Positions 1-11,631 are shown, counted from the stretch's first letter. The stretch: 64,000 nucleotides of DNA from Cycas panzhihuaensis (GCA_023213395.1 CM041465.1:209505741-209569740), one strand, 5' to 3'. A program made the numbers and translations. The notes: a model not told the origin generated them from the letters alone.

Positions 1-10
1 ATATGAAAAA

Positions 11-107
11 GACAAATGATTAGTTATAATTAATGTTTTGTTATTGAAAGCTAATGGACACATGATTAATTATAATTAATGTTTTGTTATTGAAAGCCAG
101 TGGACAC
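11..107. repeat. Short tandem duplication (~47 bp x2)
   Basis: gacaaatgattagttataattaatgttttgttattgaaagctaatg is followed by the near-identical gacacatgattaattataattaatgttttgttattgaaagccagtg. Confidence 0.85.
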
Positions 108-279
108 TGTGAACAGTTGTAACATTTTGTCAAAATAGTCACCATTTTACGATATTTATAGGCCACTCTCAACTAGTTTTCAATGCGACACACCCTCACC
201 TAGTTATCAGTGTGACAACCAAAGTATCAAGCATGCCCAAAGATAAAAGGTTCATGTGCATTGTATATGACAATGTTTA

Positions 280-490
280 TGTTAGAATATTAATGTTTTA
301 TCCTAAGTCTTGTACTTAAGGGTCCCTTATGTAAATTGAGGGTTATGTGTCATAGTCCCTCTTCAATTTAAAAATGACACTTATCATACATGTACTGGGT
401 CTCTTATGTAAATCAGTTGTATATAAGAAAGAGAAACTCTCTCTCATCAATCAATGAAGATCATTCTCTTTCTAAATCTATTTTTCATCA
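280..490 (+). repeat. 5' LTR of Copia A
   Basis: TGTTAG...CATCA; aligns with 40290-40500. Confidence 0.92.
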
Positions 491-502
491 CGGTATCAAA
501 GT
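491..502 (+). promoter_or_regulatory. Primer binding site of Copia A (tRNA-Met-i type, degenerate)
   Basis: cggtatcaaagt versus consensus TGGTATCAGAGC, directly after the LTR. Confidence 0.8.
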
Positions 503-1172
503 AGGTCTAATAGTAAGCCAGGCAAGGATATCAAACACCAGTTTTTGGAGAAACTGAGTAAGGAACAAGGTGACAAAGTTTCTGAAGAAAGAAAACAACG
601 TTTTTAGAAGAAAGGATGATATTGTACAGATACGTACAACCTTGTACAATTAGAAATTAAAGTGCTCAGATTGATGCGAAATTTCACTAGCAGAGACATC
701 TTGAAGAGTAGATTATATTGTCTCAAAGGCTCATTTGCAGAATTTGCCTTAATAAGCAGAAAATCACAAAAAATTTAGGGCACGAATTTGGATCTTCTAA
801 TATTAATTTCTCTCAGTTTTCTATGTTTCAATCACAGTAATTGGTCTTAAAATCTTCCTTAGACCATAAGCTTTCTGTTGAGTATAAGATTGCATAATTT
901 TATTAGAGATTTGTTGAGTTATGAGCAAAAAGGTGAATTAAACCATAATCGCCCCTCTTGTTTTCGTGCTATTTTTCTCTCAATCCAAAAAAAGTTTTCA
1001 AAATCTAATTTCAGATTCCTATAGATAGTGGAAAAATCTAACTTTTGAGGGCTTCATCTTTCAAATCTATACACCTATACTTTTTTCGTACAACCATACA
1101 GTCGTATGGACTTGGTCTATCACAGACAAAAAAAGAATTATTTTTGCAGTCCTCTCTATAATTTGTCATAAA

Positions 1173-1414
1173 ATGGCTTTAATTTATTCATTGGGAGAGT
1201 CATACAAGTTGACTGATCAGAATTATGCAACATGGAAGATTAAAATGAAAGGACTTTTAGCTGTTAAAAATGTCTAGGACATTGTCAGGGGAAAAGAAAA
1301 AGGAACAATCGTTGGAGATACTGTAAAACTTGCCAGTTGGGAAGACAGGGATAGGCAAGCATTAGCTATTATCACTCTATCCATAAGTGATTCAGTCAAA
1401 AAAATGAAGCCCAT
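1173..1414 (+). pseudogene. gag: Copia A gag N-terminus, interrupted by element B
   Basis: MALIYSLGESYKLTDQNYATWKIKMKGLLAVKNV*DIV...; gag resumes at 24175 with IITLREQLYCLHL. Confidence 0.85.
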
Positions 1415-1875
1415 TGATAGAAGAATTAATGATTGATTTCATTAATTCATTGAGAATTCATTGCACTATATTTATGTAATGTTTGTACATAGTCTACATT
1501 GAGGGCTTCATTGTCATAAATGGGTTAAATCACAACTCAATGTTGTGAAACTAGGTGTGTGGGGGTTTATTTGCTATTAATGTTAAAATATTGTAAAGTC
1601 AATTTAATCATGCAAGGTGCCAAATGTCACCTTGCATGATCTTATGTTCAATGTTCCTCCTGCTTATTGTAACTGCCTCTTTTGTTCCTCATGCAAGGCA
1701 TTTTCTATGTAATGTATTATGTATGTACAATTTTGATATGAGATTAATGAAAGTTATTTTAGATTGGAGCCTATGAGAAACTCATCGCTTCTTTTGTGTC
1801 CATTGATTAAGTCTTTTAGAAGGTGTGCATGAGTCTTGAACCTGGGTTGAAACCCGGCACAACCCTCCCTTTTCA
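1415..1875 (+). repeat. 5' LTR of Copia B
   Basis: TGATAG...TTTCA; matches 23709-24169. Confidence 0.95.
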
Positions 1876-3350
1876 CTTGGTATCAGAGCTGATCTTTCAA
1901 CCTGCTTACAGAGCAAAGTCTCCAGTCTGTCTTCACAGCTTCCCTCATTGCAATAGTCGCCATTCAATGCAGCAATAACCTCTGTATTTTCAGCTATCAA
2001 ACAAGCAAATCTTGTGATAGTATTATGACGTCTTCCAAGTGAAAAATATGTGCAAAATCTGAGTCGCATTGGAGCTGTAATAAATATTATGGGCTGTAAT
2101 CAAATCATTTTTTTGCTTCGTTGAATAAACATATGGCTGGTTTTTATGTTTTGTTGATCTCTATGTTCCTCCGTTAAGTGATCCTCATTTCTTCTTGACA
2201 TAATTGTGTCCTCGCGTGAGCTACATCTAGCATCGTGTCTTCGGCTGCATTCTTTGTGAGATTCAAGAGATTGAGTGACGCCCATTTCTTCTTGACGTAA
2301 CTACGTCTTGCATTGGTTTCACCTGCGTTGGTTATCTCCACGTTCCTCTACGTACATAGCTTATCTCCATAGCTTTGGTGGATCTTTCTCTGTGTGAAGA
2401 CGCATTTCTTATGATTACACTCTTTGCATGCTGGCTTGGCGTCTACCCATTGTTCCACGCCTCTCATTTGATCGCCCACATGGCTATATTTTTTCTCCTT
2501 GGCTCCACGATGTGATGCCTGAGTGATACTCTATCTTCACGGCCTCTGCATTACGTGGATACGACTTTTGTTGCGTGGTTCTAGTGCGTGGCGAAGCTCC
2601 AGTATCTTTTTCTTACATTTGATTTCCAATTTTGATTTGCCTCTCTAGGTGTGAAACCGACAGAGATCCAGAGGCAAACAGAGAGTTTTATTGTTCAAAT
2701 TTGATTAGTTGGCTGCGAACAGAGGATTTGGGCAAAGTTGTTGGCTTCATTTCATTCCTGTACACTATGGGGTTGATGGAACTGCATCATATGGCCGCTC
2801 TAAATGATCCTAGTTGCATCCTCTCCTCACTGGAGAAATTAAATTGAAATTTCACAACTTCTACAGAGAGATCCAATCCCCTATATCCAAACAGTGTCGT
2901 CGTTTTTTTCAAATCCTGTCGTTTATTTTTATTTTTCATAAAGTTTAAAAACTTTATGTTATTAACATTAGCATATTCATAGAATATTCTATTTTTGATA
3001 AAGGCCCTTAACCTAACGTTGCTCTTTTATCTTCTTTTTTTAAATCATTTTTTAGTTTTTTAGGCCTGTTTTTCAATCTATTTTAGACAATTTTTCAATT
3101 TTTTTGAGATTTTTTTTTCTGTTCTTATTGCTTAAAACATTAAATTTTTTATTTTTAATTACAAAAATATTTTTAAATTAATCAAAAACATTAAAAAAAT
3201 AATATCTAACTGAACCACCCATTTACTAACCTTGCAAGGGGAACGGTTAGGACCCTTGAAGTTACCACTCTGCACACGCTAGTGGTCTTTCTCAAATTTT
3301 GTGGATATTAGAGAAGCCCATTAGCTATCAGGTGTATTGAGTGGCAGGCT

Positions 3351-4072
3351 TGTTGACTTAAAATCTGCTTTGTACTACAAGATCTTCACTTGTCAAGGTT
3401 CTCCACTATAGTCTAGGGTGTGTGCATATGGTCAACATACATATCTTTCATTCATTATGCCACATAAGTCCACAAATATGCTCATACACATAGAATCACC
3501 ATGCATTCCACATTAAATACATATGATATCCATGTAACTCTGTAATATTATTAGATAATAGTCAATACTTTATATCATATTCTGTCTGTACATGGCTGAC
3601 TGGTCAATAATACTAGGTCAGATCCCAAATAGATCACTTACTGGGCTCTCCATTGCTTCCCATGCATGGATGTGTTTAAATAACCTTTACGTCCCTACTG
3701 CAGAACGGTTGCAACTAACAGTCATAACCCTTTGCTTTCCCTAACAAATGTCTCTTCACTGTTAATCCATTCTTGTTATCTCCTTAATACGCCTATTAAT
3801 CCATACGATTGGGTCCATGTGTCTCTTTCCTTGTTTCATCCATTCTCGATATGTTCTTGACTGTGCAATATACGTTCGTTCTCTATTCGATGCGTTCCTG
3901 CTGTATAGTGTCCGTTCCTGTGAGGAAATGGTCCTATTTTCTGTGTATTTTCCATCTGTTCTTTTTCCTGAATGTATGTCAAACGGTGCCTTACAAAATA
4001 TCCACTATTTCATCTAGATTTTATCATATATTGCCCCTAACGGACGCACAGGAGTCAAATCTAACTGCAATA
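3351..4072 (-). repeat. 3' LTR of Gypsy C
   Basis: Homologous to 18166-18912. Confidence 0.93.
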
Positions 4073-4199
4073 TCTATTTGGGGTCAACAAAAATGGTTGA
4101 ACATCCGTGCTCAATTCTAAATTCTAAAAAAAAAAGAAAAAATTAATTTTGTCTTTCTCCTCCTCCCGTTTTGAGTTAGGACTGCTCTTGTAGTACCAA

Positions 4200-5267
4200 T
4201 TCCTTTGGTGGATCAGTGGCTCCCAATATGTCTTCATTGATTTGTGTTAATGTAGCTATAATTGCATCCTTTTCTTTAATTTTTTCTTGTAATTCTAGGA
4301 TTTGTATCTTGTACCCTTGTTCCAAGTCTTGTAGAAGTTGACTTATTTATGTACCCTTTTCACTTAAGGGTGATTGTGAAGAACCTTCCCCTGGTTCAGT
4401 AACCATCGGAAGTGGGGGTTCCATTTCCCATTCTTCTAGTGCCTCTTTTGTTTCTTGTTGTTCTCTACCCCTTTTTATGCCTCTCTTTATTACTTGTTTT
4501 TGCCTTGGTTAAAAGAGGGTCCCTAGTTTGTGTTGGATCCATTTTAACACCTTAGTCATTTCTAATTTGACCTACCTCTTTACACATGGGTCCTAAGTAC
4601 TGTTTGGCATAATATTCACCCATTTATTTATCATGGGCTCCCCGAGCCGAATATATAAGGAGGGAGGATTAATATCTAGACACTGCTGGAATAATAGTGC
4701 TAATAATAGCGATGGTTGTCTAAAGGGGTGAGTTTGAAGCTCCCCAAACTATTGCTCCATACGGTTTGCTAAAAATTCACACCAATTCATCTTCACTCCA
4801 TCCCGTGATGCTATAAGTAAGGGCATTAATCCTCCAAGAATGTATGTATGTATTTGTTTTGATAAAAATTTAGATACTAGAATTTTTGCGGCCCATTGCA
4901 GTTTTCTGTCCATGATATCTATAATCTTTATTCCGCCAGAATAAACCTGGGTGTCTGGAGCACATAATTCCCTTGTCCATATTTCCCGGTCTACTTCGAA
5001 TCTTTTCATGGCCATAGGGGTTTCACCCTCTTTGGACAATCCAATAATCTCATGAATAGCTACTGCATTTATTTTGACCTTCTCCCTATTAAATTTAACA
5101 GCTACAATAATTTGTTCCATGATTTCAGGCTCCCAATATAGTGGAGGCATTATCACAAAGTCCTCCCATCCTACTTGCTTGATCCTGGCTTTAAAATTTG
5201 CTAGTAATTCTTCGAATTCTCCCAGAAGTCTTGGCAAATAGGTCTCTTGTATCCCTGCAATTCTCAT
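4200..5267 (-). pseudogene. Extra ORF after integrase in C (Athila 'env-like'/plant transposon protein type)
   Basis: 172-aa ORF 4749-5267 (GWEDFVIMPPLYWEPEIMEQIIVA...MNWCEFLANRM) plus a broken coiled-coil-like tail, lying between integrase and the 3' LTR as in Athila. Confidence 0.6.
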
Positions 5268-5924
5268 CCTATGGCCGAAAGGGAATGTATGGAAAAAAAC
5301 AGATGTAACACTAGATTACTTTGAGGGACTTACACCTTCTTGCCTAAACATGCGTTCCCTGGTTCAGATGGCAATTAGGTGCCCTCTCTGCTCCAAGCGT
5401 TCTGCGTTTCCAACAATTATAGCCGACTGCTTCTTGGGAGAGTTGTATTACTTCTCTTTCTTCATATGTTTGATTGCCGAAATGATTCTAGGGTGTAGGG
5501 TTTTATATTTGTCCTTTTTTAATCCGTTCGGGTCGCATTCCTTTCTGGGAACACATGCATTCAACAATAGTCCATTATGTTCCCTTTTTGGAATGGTTCC
5601 GGTTCTAGCTAGCTTTATCTTGTCCTATTCCCTATTAGGAACGCATCTAATTCCGCTAAGTATCTTTGCTCTGCTTCCATTCCAATTCTGGAATGCAAGG
5701 TACAATTTCTTAGAATGATTGTTGGCTTTTGTCTAGATATATGATTTTGCAAGTTACGATTGGTATTTTTTCCTTTCTTTTTTTTTTTTTTTTAAGAGGG
5801 TTTTTGTGTTTATGCACCAATGTAGAGTCCTTGTTCTGGTACTAGGACAACTTTGGTTGTCTGCAAATATACATCCAGTTGACTATTACTGAAGAGGTAC
5901 TTTTTAATGGTAATATTTTTTTAA

Positions 5925-8478
5925 CTAATTGTCGTTAACTAGGGTGGGCAGCCAATGACTGTCTACCTCTTGTAACTTTATCGATCCGTTAGGATAGATA
6001 CATTCCACTTGGTAAGGTCCTAACCATCGCGGTTTCAATTTCCCGGGATGGGTGCAAAATTTATTGTCATACAATAGGACCTGTTCTCCTTCCTTGAACT
6101 GAGGGCATCTAAGGTGACGATCATGCCATGCTTTTTGTCTCATTTTTTCGATTTCTTGTAACCATTCTAATTTTTGTTTATCCTCATCCAGTTGGATTAG
6201 TTGCCATAATCGTTCTCGTAAGGATTTGAAGTCATCTAATCGGCAAGCCAAGGCGATTCTCAGGCTCGGAATTTGGAACTCGATAGGGAGTATAGCTTCT
6301 ATCCTGTACACCAACTTAAATGGTGTGTGTCTCGTAGCTTGCTTGTATGTTGTACGGAATGCCCATAAGACAAAGGGTAGTTTCTTTGCCCAATCTGCTC
6401 TGCCAATGTCACAAACTTTCCTTAAACAATTTTCCAAGATCTTATTGGAACTTTCTGCTTGCCCATTTGCACAAGGGTAATAACGCGTGGATTTGTTATG
6501 GGTGATCAGGAATGTTTCTATTAATTCCTTGATAACCTCATTAAAAAAATGGGCTCCTTGGACACTAATCAATTCGATAGGACATCTGAATCTTATGACG
6601 ATGATCTCATAGAGGAATCGGGCTGTACAAGTTGCATCTGTCTTACGTAGTGGTCTAGCTTCCACCCATTTCGTTGTATAGTCTGTAGCTACCAAAATAT
6701 AACGGGCTTGCATTCTTCTTGCAGCTGGCTTGATAGGTCCGATAAATTTGAACACCATTTTTCGAAGGGTGCCAGAGGAAGGATTGGGTTTAGGGGGTTG
6801 AAGTCCCTTCGATTGGGTTTCCCTACCCTTTGGTAATGGTTGCGCTTCTTACCCTATTAAACCTTATGTTTACATGTTAAGCCTATGTACTTTATTTTTC
6901 ATGTATTATTTGTACCTTTGTACTTTATGGGGTGACTTATCACTTAAGTGATAAAGTGCACACCCACATTCTTTCCTAATGACACAACATTGTCACTAAA
7001 GGGTCAAATGGACCCTCATGCACTTTTGCTCACTTGAAAACCCAAAGGACACATGTCCTACATGCAAGGCATGTACTTTGAATGTTTGACACTTATCAAA
7101 TATCCAATGCCTTAGGTCTCTTCTTTCACTCTATATATTGAGATCTCTTCTCATGGTTCTCATATAGAGTTGGAGTTGTATTGTTATGCTGCTAGTTTGC
7201 TAATCAAACTGCTATTCATTTGGAGATTGGGCCAAGTCCAACTCCTCACATTTGGTATCATTTTGCTCTCACTCTTTGTGCTTTGATCTTGCTTATGTTG
7301 ATCTCATACTTTCAGTGTTAGTCTAAATTATTTGCTTTCTAGAACTAGAGTGAATCTATCTCCTAGATCTTGGGTTTCATAGGCCTTTTGGCCCTTTCAA
7401 CATACCCAATTCTTCACATCTTCGAAAAGAGTCGGCCACCAAAATTCTGTTGTTAAGATTTTCCTCTATGTAATCCTGCATGTCCCCCTGCCACTCCTTC
7501 ATGAGCCTGAGATATCACTTGCTTCACCTTGTGGGGGTGAATGCACCATCGTAGAACATCATCTAGTCCTAATTAGTATAATTCTCCTCGGATTAGTTGG
7601 TAGGCCCCTGCTTTTCTTACTAAATTTCATTTTTGGGTCTTATCCATGGTTGGAGGACATTGTCCTGTGACCAAGAATTCGATTATATCCCGATACCACT
7701 TTATAGGAACTGATTCGATATTAAAGAGTGCTACATCCGGGAAGTCATCCAATACTCCTCTAGCCTTTTCTCCATTATGTATTCGAGAAAGTTAATCCGG
7801 GATGATATGTGCTTTCCTTGGTTTTACTATGATTCAGAAAGTGAATTCTTGGAACAACATAAGCCAACGACTGATACGTCCCCTTAACAACGGTTTGTTG
7901 ACCAAATACATGAGTGCCTGATGATCCACATAGAATATAAAGGGATTCGCCAATAAGTAATTGCAAAACTTTTGGAGGGCATACACCATTATGAGCCCTT
8001 CTCGTTCTCTTTTTGTATAATTATGTTCTGCCCTAGTTAATTTTTGGCTGGCAAAGTATATAGGCCGGTCCACATTGTTTTCGTTGGGCTGGGCTAGAAC
8101 ACAACCAATTGCATATTAGGAGGCATCAACATGCACATGAAATATTTTATTCCAATCAGGAAAATGTAATACAGGATCTGACACTATTGCTTGTTTCAGG
8201 GTTTCAAACATTTTTTGTTGTTCTGGCCCCCACTATCAATCTATTTCCTCTTTAAGGAGGTCTTCCAATGGTCTTGCTATCTCGGCATACCCTTTTACGA
8301 ATTTGCGGTAATATCCGGTTAATCCTAAAAACCCCTTTACTTGCCATTGGTTCTGGGTTGGGGGAAATGTAGGATGGCTACCACTTTTGCTAGGTTCGTC
8401 ATTAATCCTTTCTTACTAACCACGTCCCCGAATATTGCCGAAAGGTACCAAAAAAGTACATTTTTCTGCGTTCAAACA
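5925..8478 (-). pseudogene. pol: Gypsy C RT C-terminus, RNase H and integrase, split by solo LTR D
   Basis: LNAEKCTFL; RPIYFASQKLTRAEHNYT; GRISRWLMLFQEF; integrase core ORF 5925-6758 with a GPY motif (KLKPRWLGPY). Confidence 0.9.
6855..7402. mobile_element. Solo LTR D inserted in the integrase zinc-binding region of C
   Basis: Termini TATT(TGTT)...AACA; perfect TSD TACCC (6850-6854 and 7403-7407); integrase homology continues across it; contains a TATA-like ctatata. Confidence 0.88.
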
Positions 8479-9512
8479 TGTTGGAGGATAATGTTTAATG
8501 TGTACGTGTCCCATTGTATTTAGGAGTAATGCACATATGTGCAACCAAGTGGTCATTAAATTATTGGTCAATAAATAGGTGTTATGTGGTTGGTTGTGTT
8601 GGAAGTCATTTATCCCACATGTAACACAAGTCATACTACTCTCTCTCACTTATTTAGTATATAAAGGTGGTTGAGGTAGTATATGTAATCAAATCATCAT
8701 TAAGACTCATGTTGAGTCTATGATGCATGAATGTTCTGATATTATCTTATTTGTGTTATCTTAATACAAGCTTTGTTTTGTTCAATGATATTGTTGGATA
8801 TTGTTGGTGATGAATGCTTTTCATGTTAAAATCCAACATGGTGTCAAAGCAGGTTGCTGGTCAAACTTGTCATTGTGCAGGTTCGTTCCTTGGTTGTTGA
8901 TATGCGGCTCCATAAGAATTGAAGTGCTAGATTGAGGATTTATTTTTGGAAGGCGAAGTCCTATGGTCATCATTGCACCAAAACAGAATTTCCTTCGGGT
9001 AATATTGTTCCTTTCCTTGTTCCATAAAAAGGGAAATATCTATTAGGGTCTGAACTTTTTAAGATTTGGGTGGTGGAAACTTAAGTAAATTGCCAAGTTT
9101 TGGTTCTGCATGCATAAAGAAGTTAGCCACTGGTAAATTTGAAGCCACTCATATTCCTTGTATAATTAAGCAAAAAGGACCTCTATGTTGGAGATTATGT
9201 AAACCCTAAGTTAGAATGAGTAGAGCATGAATCACTCTCAGGGCTAGTGCTGGAAATAAACACTACAGAGATATTATATTTGGGCTGCTCCATAGCTGAA
9301 ATCAGAATGTAAAAGGCGAGCCATCTGCACAAACCGTGAGTGGCTACCATAAAAAGAAATCTGCAGCTCTCCACATCCTCAAAGGATTCCTCTGCATAGA
9401 AATTGAATTCCATAGCTATAATAAATTCTGAGAAGAAGAAAACCCTATTCTCTGTGTCCATTCAAATCCATATCAGGAGCTGCACATCCTGCTTGAAAAG
9501 AAGACTATACAA

Positions 9513-9599
9513 GAGGAATGCATGAACCACGTGATTGACCTCAATCAAGCTCTGTCCTGGTGGCTTTTTCAACCCTCTATCATTCATCATTGCTCTCAC
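9513..9599 (-). pseudogene. Captured PLS-class PPR gene fragment (E/E+ motif)
   Basis: Minus strand reads VRAMMNDRGLKKPPGQSLIEVNHVVHAFL, matching the E-motif consensus MxxRGxKKxPGxSWIEVxxxVHxF. Confidence 0.85.
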
Positions 9600-9980
9600 A
9601 AATTATTGCTAAACCCATTGAGCACCCCATCTAGATGGCCCATAAGCGAAATCGGTGAACTCTCGAGCGATGACCCTTTGAAATATCGCCAAGGAAAAGG
9701 GCGACAAGATCGATGACGATGATCCATCATTCAACCACCAGCTTATTGCTCCCATCGGTATAGCAACTGCGTCTCCTTGACGAATGCTCGCCAACTGTTC
9801 GGTCTCCATTTTAGGAATGACCATCCCCACAATTCCAGATCCTTCCAGTACATAGCAGAGCTTTGAAGAGTCTGAGTAGTGTGACAAAGCGAGGCCACGG
9901 TGGCTGAGAATGAGCTTGGCTGCACCCACCTTTGCCTCTGATAGCATGCTTACATCGGAGCTTTCCCAAACGTGATATAA
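9600..9980 (-). pseudogene. Captured 11S-globulin/glutelin-type cupin fragment
   Basis: HVWESSDVSMLSEAKVGAAKLILSHRGLALSHYSDSSKLCYVLEGSGIVGMVIP...IRQGDAVAIPMGAISWWLNDG, then EFTDF and GVLNGFS after frameshifts. Confidence 0.88.
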
Positions 9981-10206
9981 TCCAAAGTTCCTGAGCTTGG
10001 AGCTGATGGAATTGCCTAAGAATAGGACTGCATCCATTGTTGCTGATATTGGATAAACTTAATAGTATAGTTGCAAGCAAGGATTAACCTGCTGCTATAG
10101 TGAAGCGATATGTTGTTGCCCTTGGGACTGAGAAGCGCAACCGCTCATTCAAAGCGATTGGTTGTGCACTGTATTTGCCTTGGGAGGTGCTTTGCATTGT
10201 AGATAT

Positions 10207-10832
10207 TTGGTTAAGGGTCTGGACTCTTTTCGGATATTGGGAAGAAGGCCAAAGATCTTCTTACAAAGGACTACAAATATGACCGGAAATTACCGTGACT
10301 ACGTCTGACAAAGTTGGACTGGGATTTACATCAACTGGTATAAACAAAGGGGGATTTTTCTGTGGTGATACCAATACACAATACAAGTACCAGAATTCCA
10401 CTATTGATGTGAAAGTGGACACAAATTCTAATCACCATTGATGAAATTGTACCACGTGCAAAGGATTCTCGATTTGTTGCCGGATCAAAAGTCCGACAAG
10501 TTGGACTTGCGATGCCGCATGACCATGCCGACAGTTCAAGCATTGGTTTGACTCTAAATCCTATAGTTGACTTTTCTGGGACAATTGGAAGTGAGGGTTT
10601 TGCAGTTGGTGGTGAAGTAGGCTTTGATTACGCATCGTGAACATTCACAAACTACAATGCGAGGATAGGACTTACAAAGCCTAAAATAAGTGCTGCCATC
10701 ATATTGGTTGACAAGGGATACACCCTGAAAGCTTGATATCTGCATGTCGTGAATGCTATCACAAAGACTTCTGTTGTTGCTAAGATTTCTCAAAGGTTTT
10801 CAGCAAATGAAAACACTTTCATTGTGGGGGCT
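10207..10832 (+). pseudogene. VDAC: Captured, intron-less VDAC (mitochondrial porin) fragment
   Basis: (M)VKG.GLFSDIGKKAKDLLTKDYKYDRK, FTSTGINKGG, KYQNSTIDVKVDTNSN, SIGLTLNPIVDFSGTIGSEGFAVGGEVGFD, SAAIILVDKGYTLKA*YLH, SQRFSANENTFIVG; contains frameshifts and stops. Confidence 0.92.
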
Positions 10833-11135
10833 ATGGATAAAGCTATTACATAATGTATGAAAGAAATCAGATGCTGGCATGTAATAAGTTCTATATTAGA
10901 AGGCATAAATTATGGTCTTTTGTTTCTGTGATCACATTCTCAACGATATTCTTTGAAATAGTTAGACAACATTATTAATGCAACTACTTGGTCATCTCTG
11001 ATTGGTGTGTATTGCAAGGGCTTCCTATTACTCCTTGTTGAGAGTGAATTGTCTGCCCTTGGCCAGATTTTCTCTGAACTACTGTAGTTAGCTCTTCATT
11101 ATAACATGCCATCAGTTGTTTTATGTAATACCAAG
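10833..11135 (+). pseudogene. Probable captured P-type PPR fragments
   Basis: MDKAI..., NATTWSSLIGVYCKG and GQIFSELL*...MPSVVLCNT resemble PPR motif helices. Confidence 0.5.
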
Positions 11136-11397
11136 GCCCTGAGGTTGACATCGTTTCCAGGATAGTGGAGGATTAAGAATGCATTGTTGGTTTCATGACA
11201 ATTGGGTTTTCCAAATTTATTTGATATAAGAGATAGGGGCCTGTTGCACCAGATTCCCTTCTGCATCTACAACATGCAAATTTTTAGGAGTCAGTACTGT
11301 AATTTGAAGGATTGTGATTATTAAAGATCCAGTGCTTTCCATCTCTATTATAAGTCATGAAGTTCAGTAATTTTATGATCTGCATGAAGAAGAAGAG

Positions 11398-11481
11398 CAC
11401 TTGAGCCTGGCAAGTAAATTTTGCTTGCGCCTGATTGACTCCATTGAATCATCCTCTACTAGAAGGATAGTTAAAGATCTA
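11398..11481 (-). pseudogene. Possible response-regulator receiver-domain fragment
   Basis: RSLTILLVEDDSMESIRRKQNLLARLKC resembles receiver beta1-alpha1 (ILLVEDD/N...). Confidence 0.35.
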
Positions 11482-11631
11482 TTACACAGATGGTCTGAGG
11501 CATTTGAACCATACTTCAGAGACAGATGTTTTGGTATATGATTTGAGGTATTTTTCTGCTGATTTGACAGACTTTTTTCAGGTAGAAGTGGGTCCATGAA
11601 TCCAACATAATGCACTTTTGATCATCTCACC

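Noticed and set aside
3809-4120. Hydrophobic ORFs here and at 18494-18880 and 5350-5718
   Set aside because: They fall within LTRs or antisense to TE non-coding regions, with no protein motif.
9609-10037. Intact 142-aa cupin gene
   Set aside because: The N-terminal part is unrelated sequence, the C-terminus is frameshifted, and it lies inside an LTR element.
8839-11631. CRISPR-like repeat-spacer array in the cargo region
   Set aside because: No repeated unit separates the captured fragments, and the context is eukaryotic.
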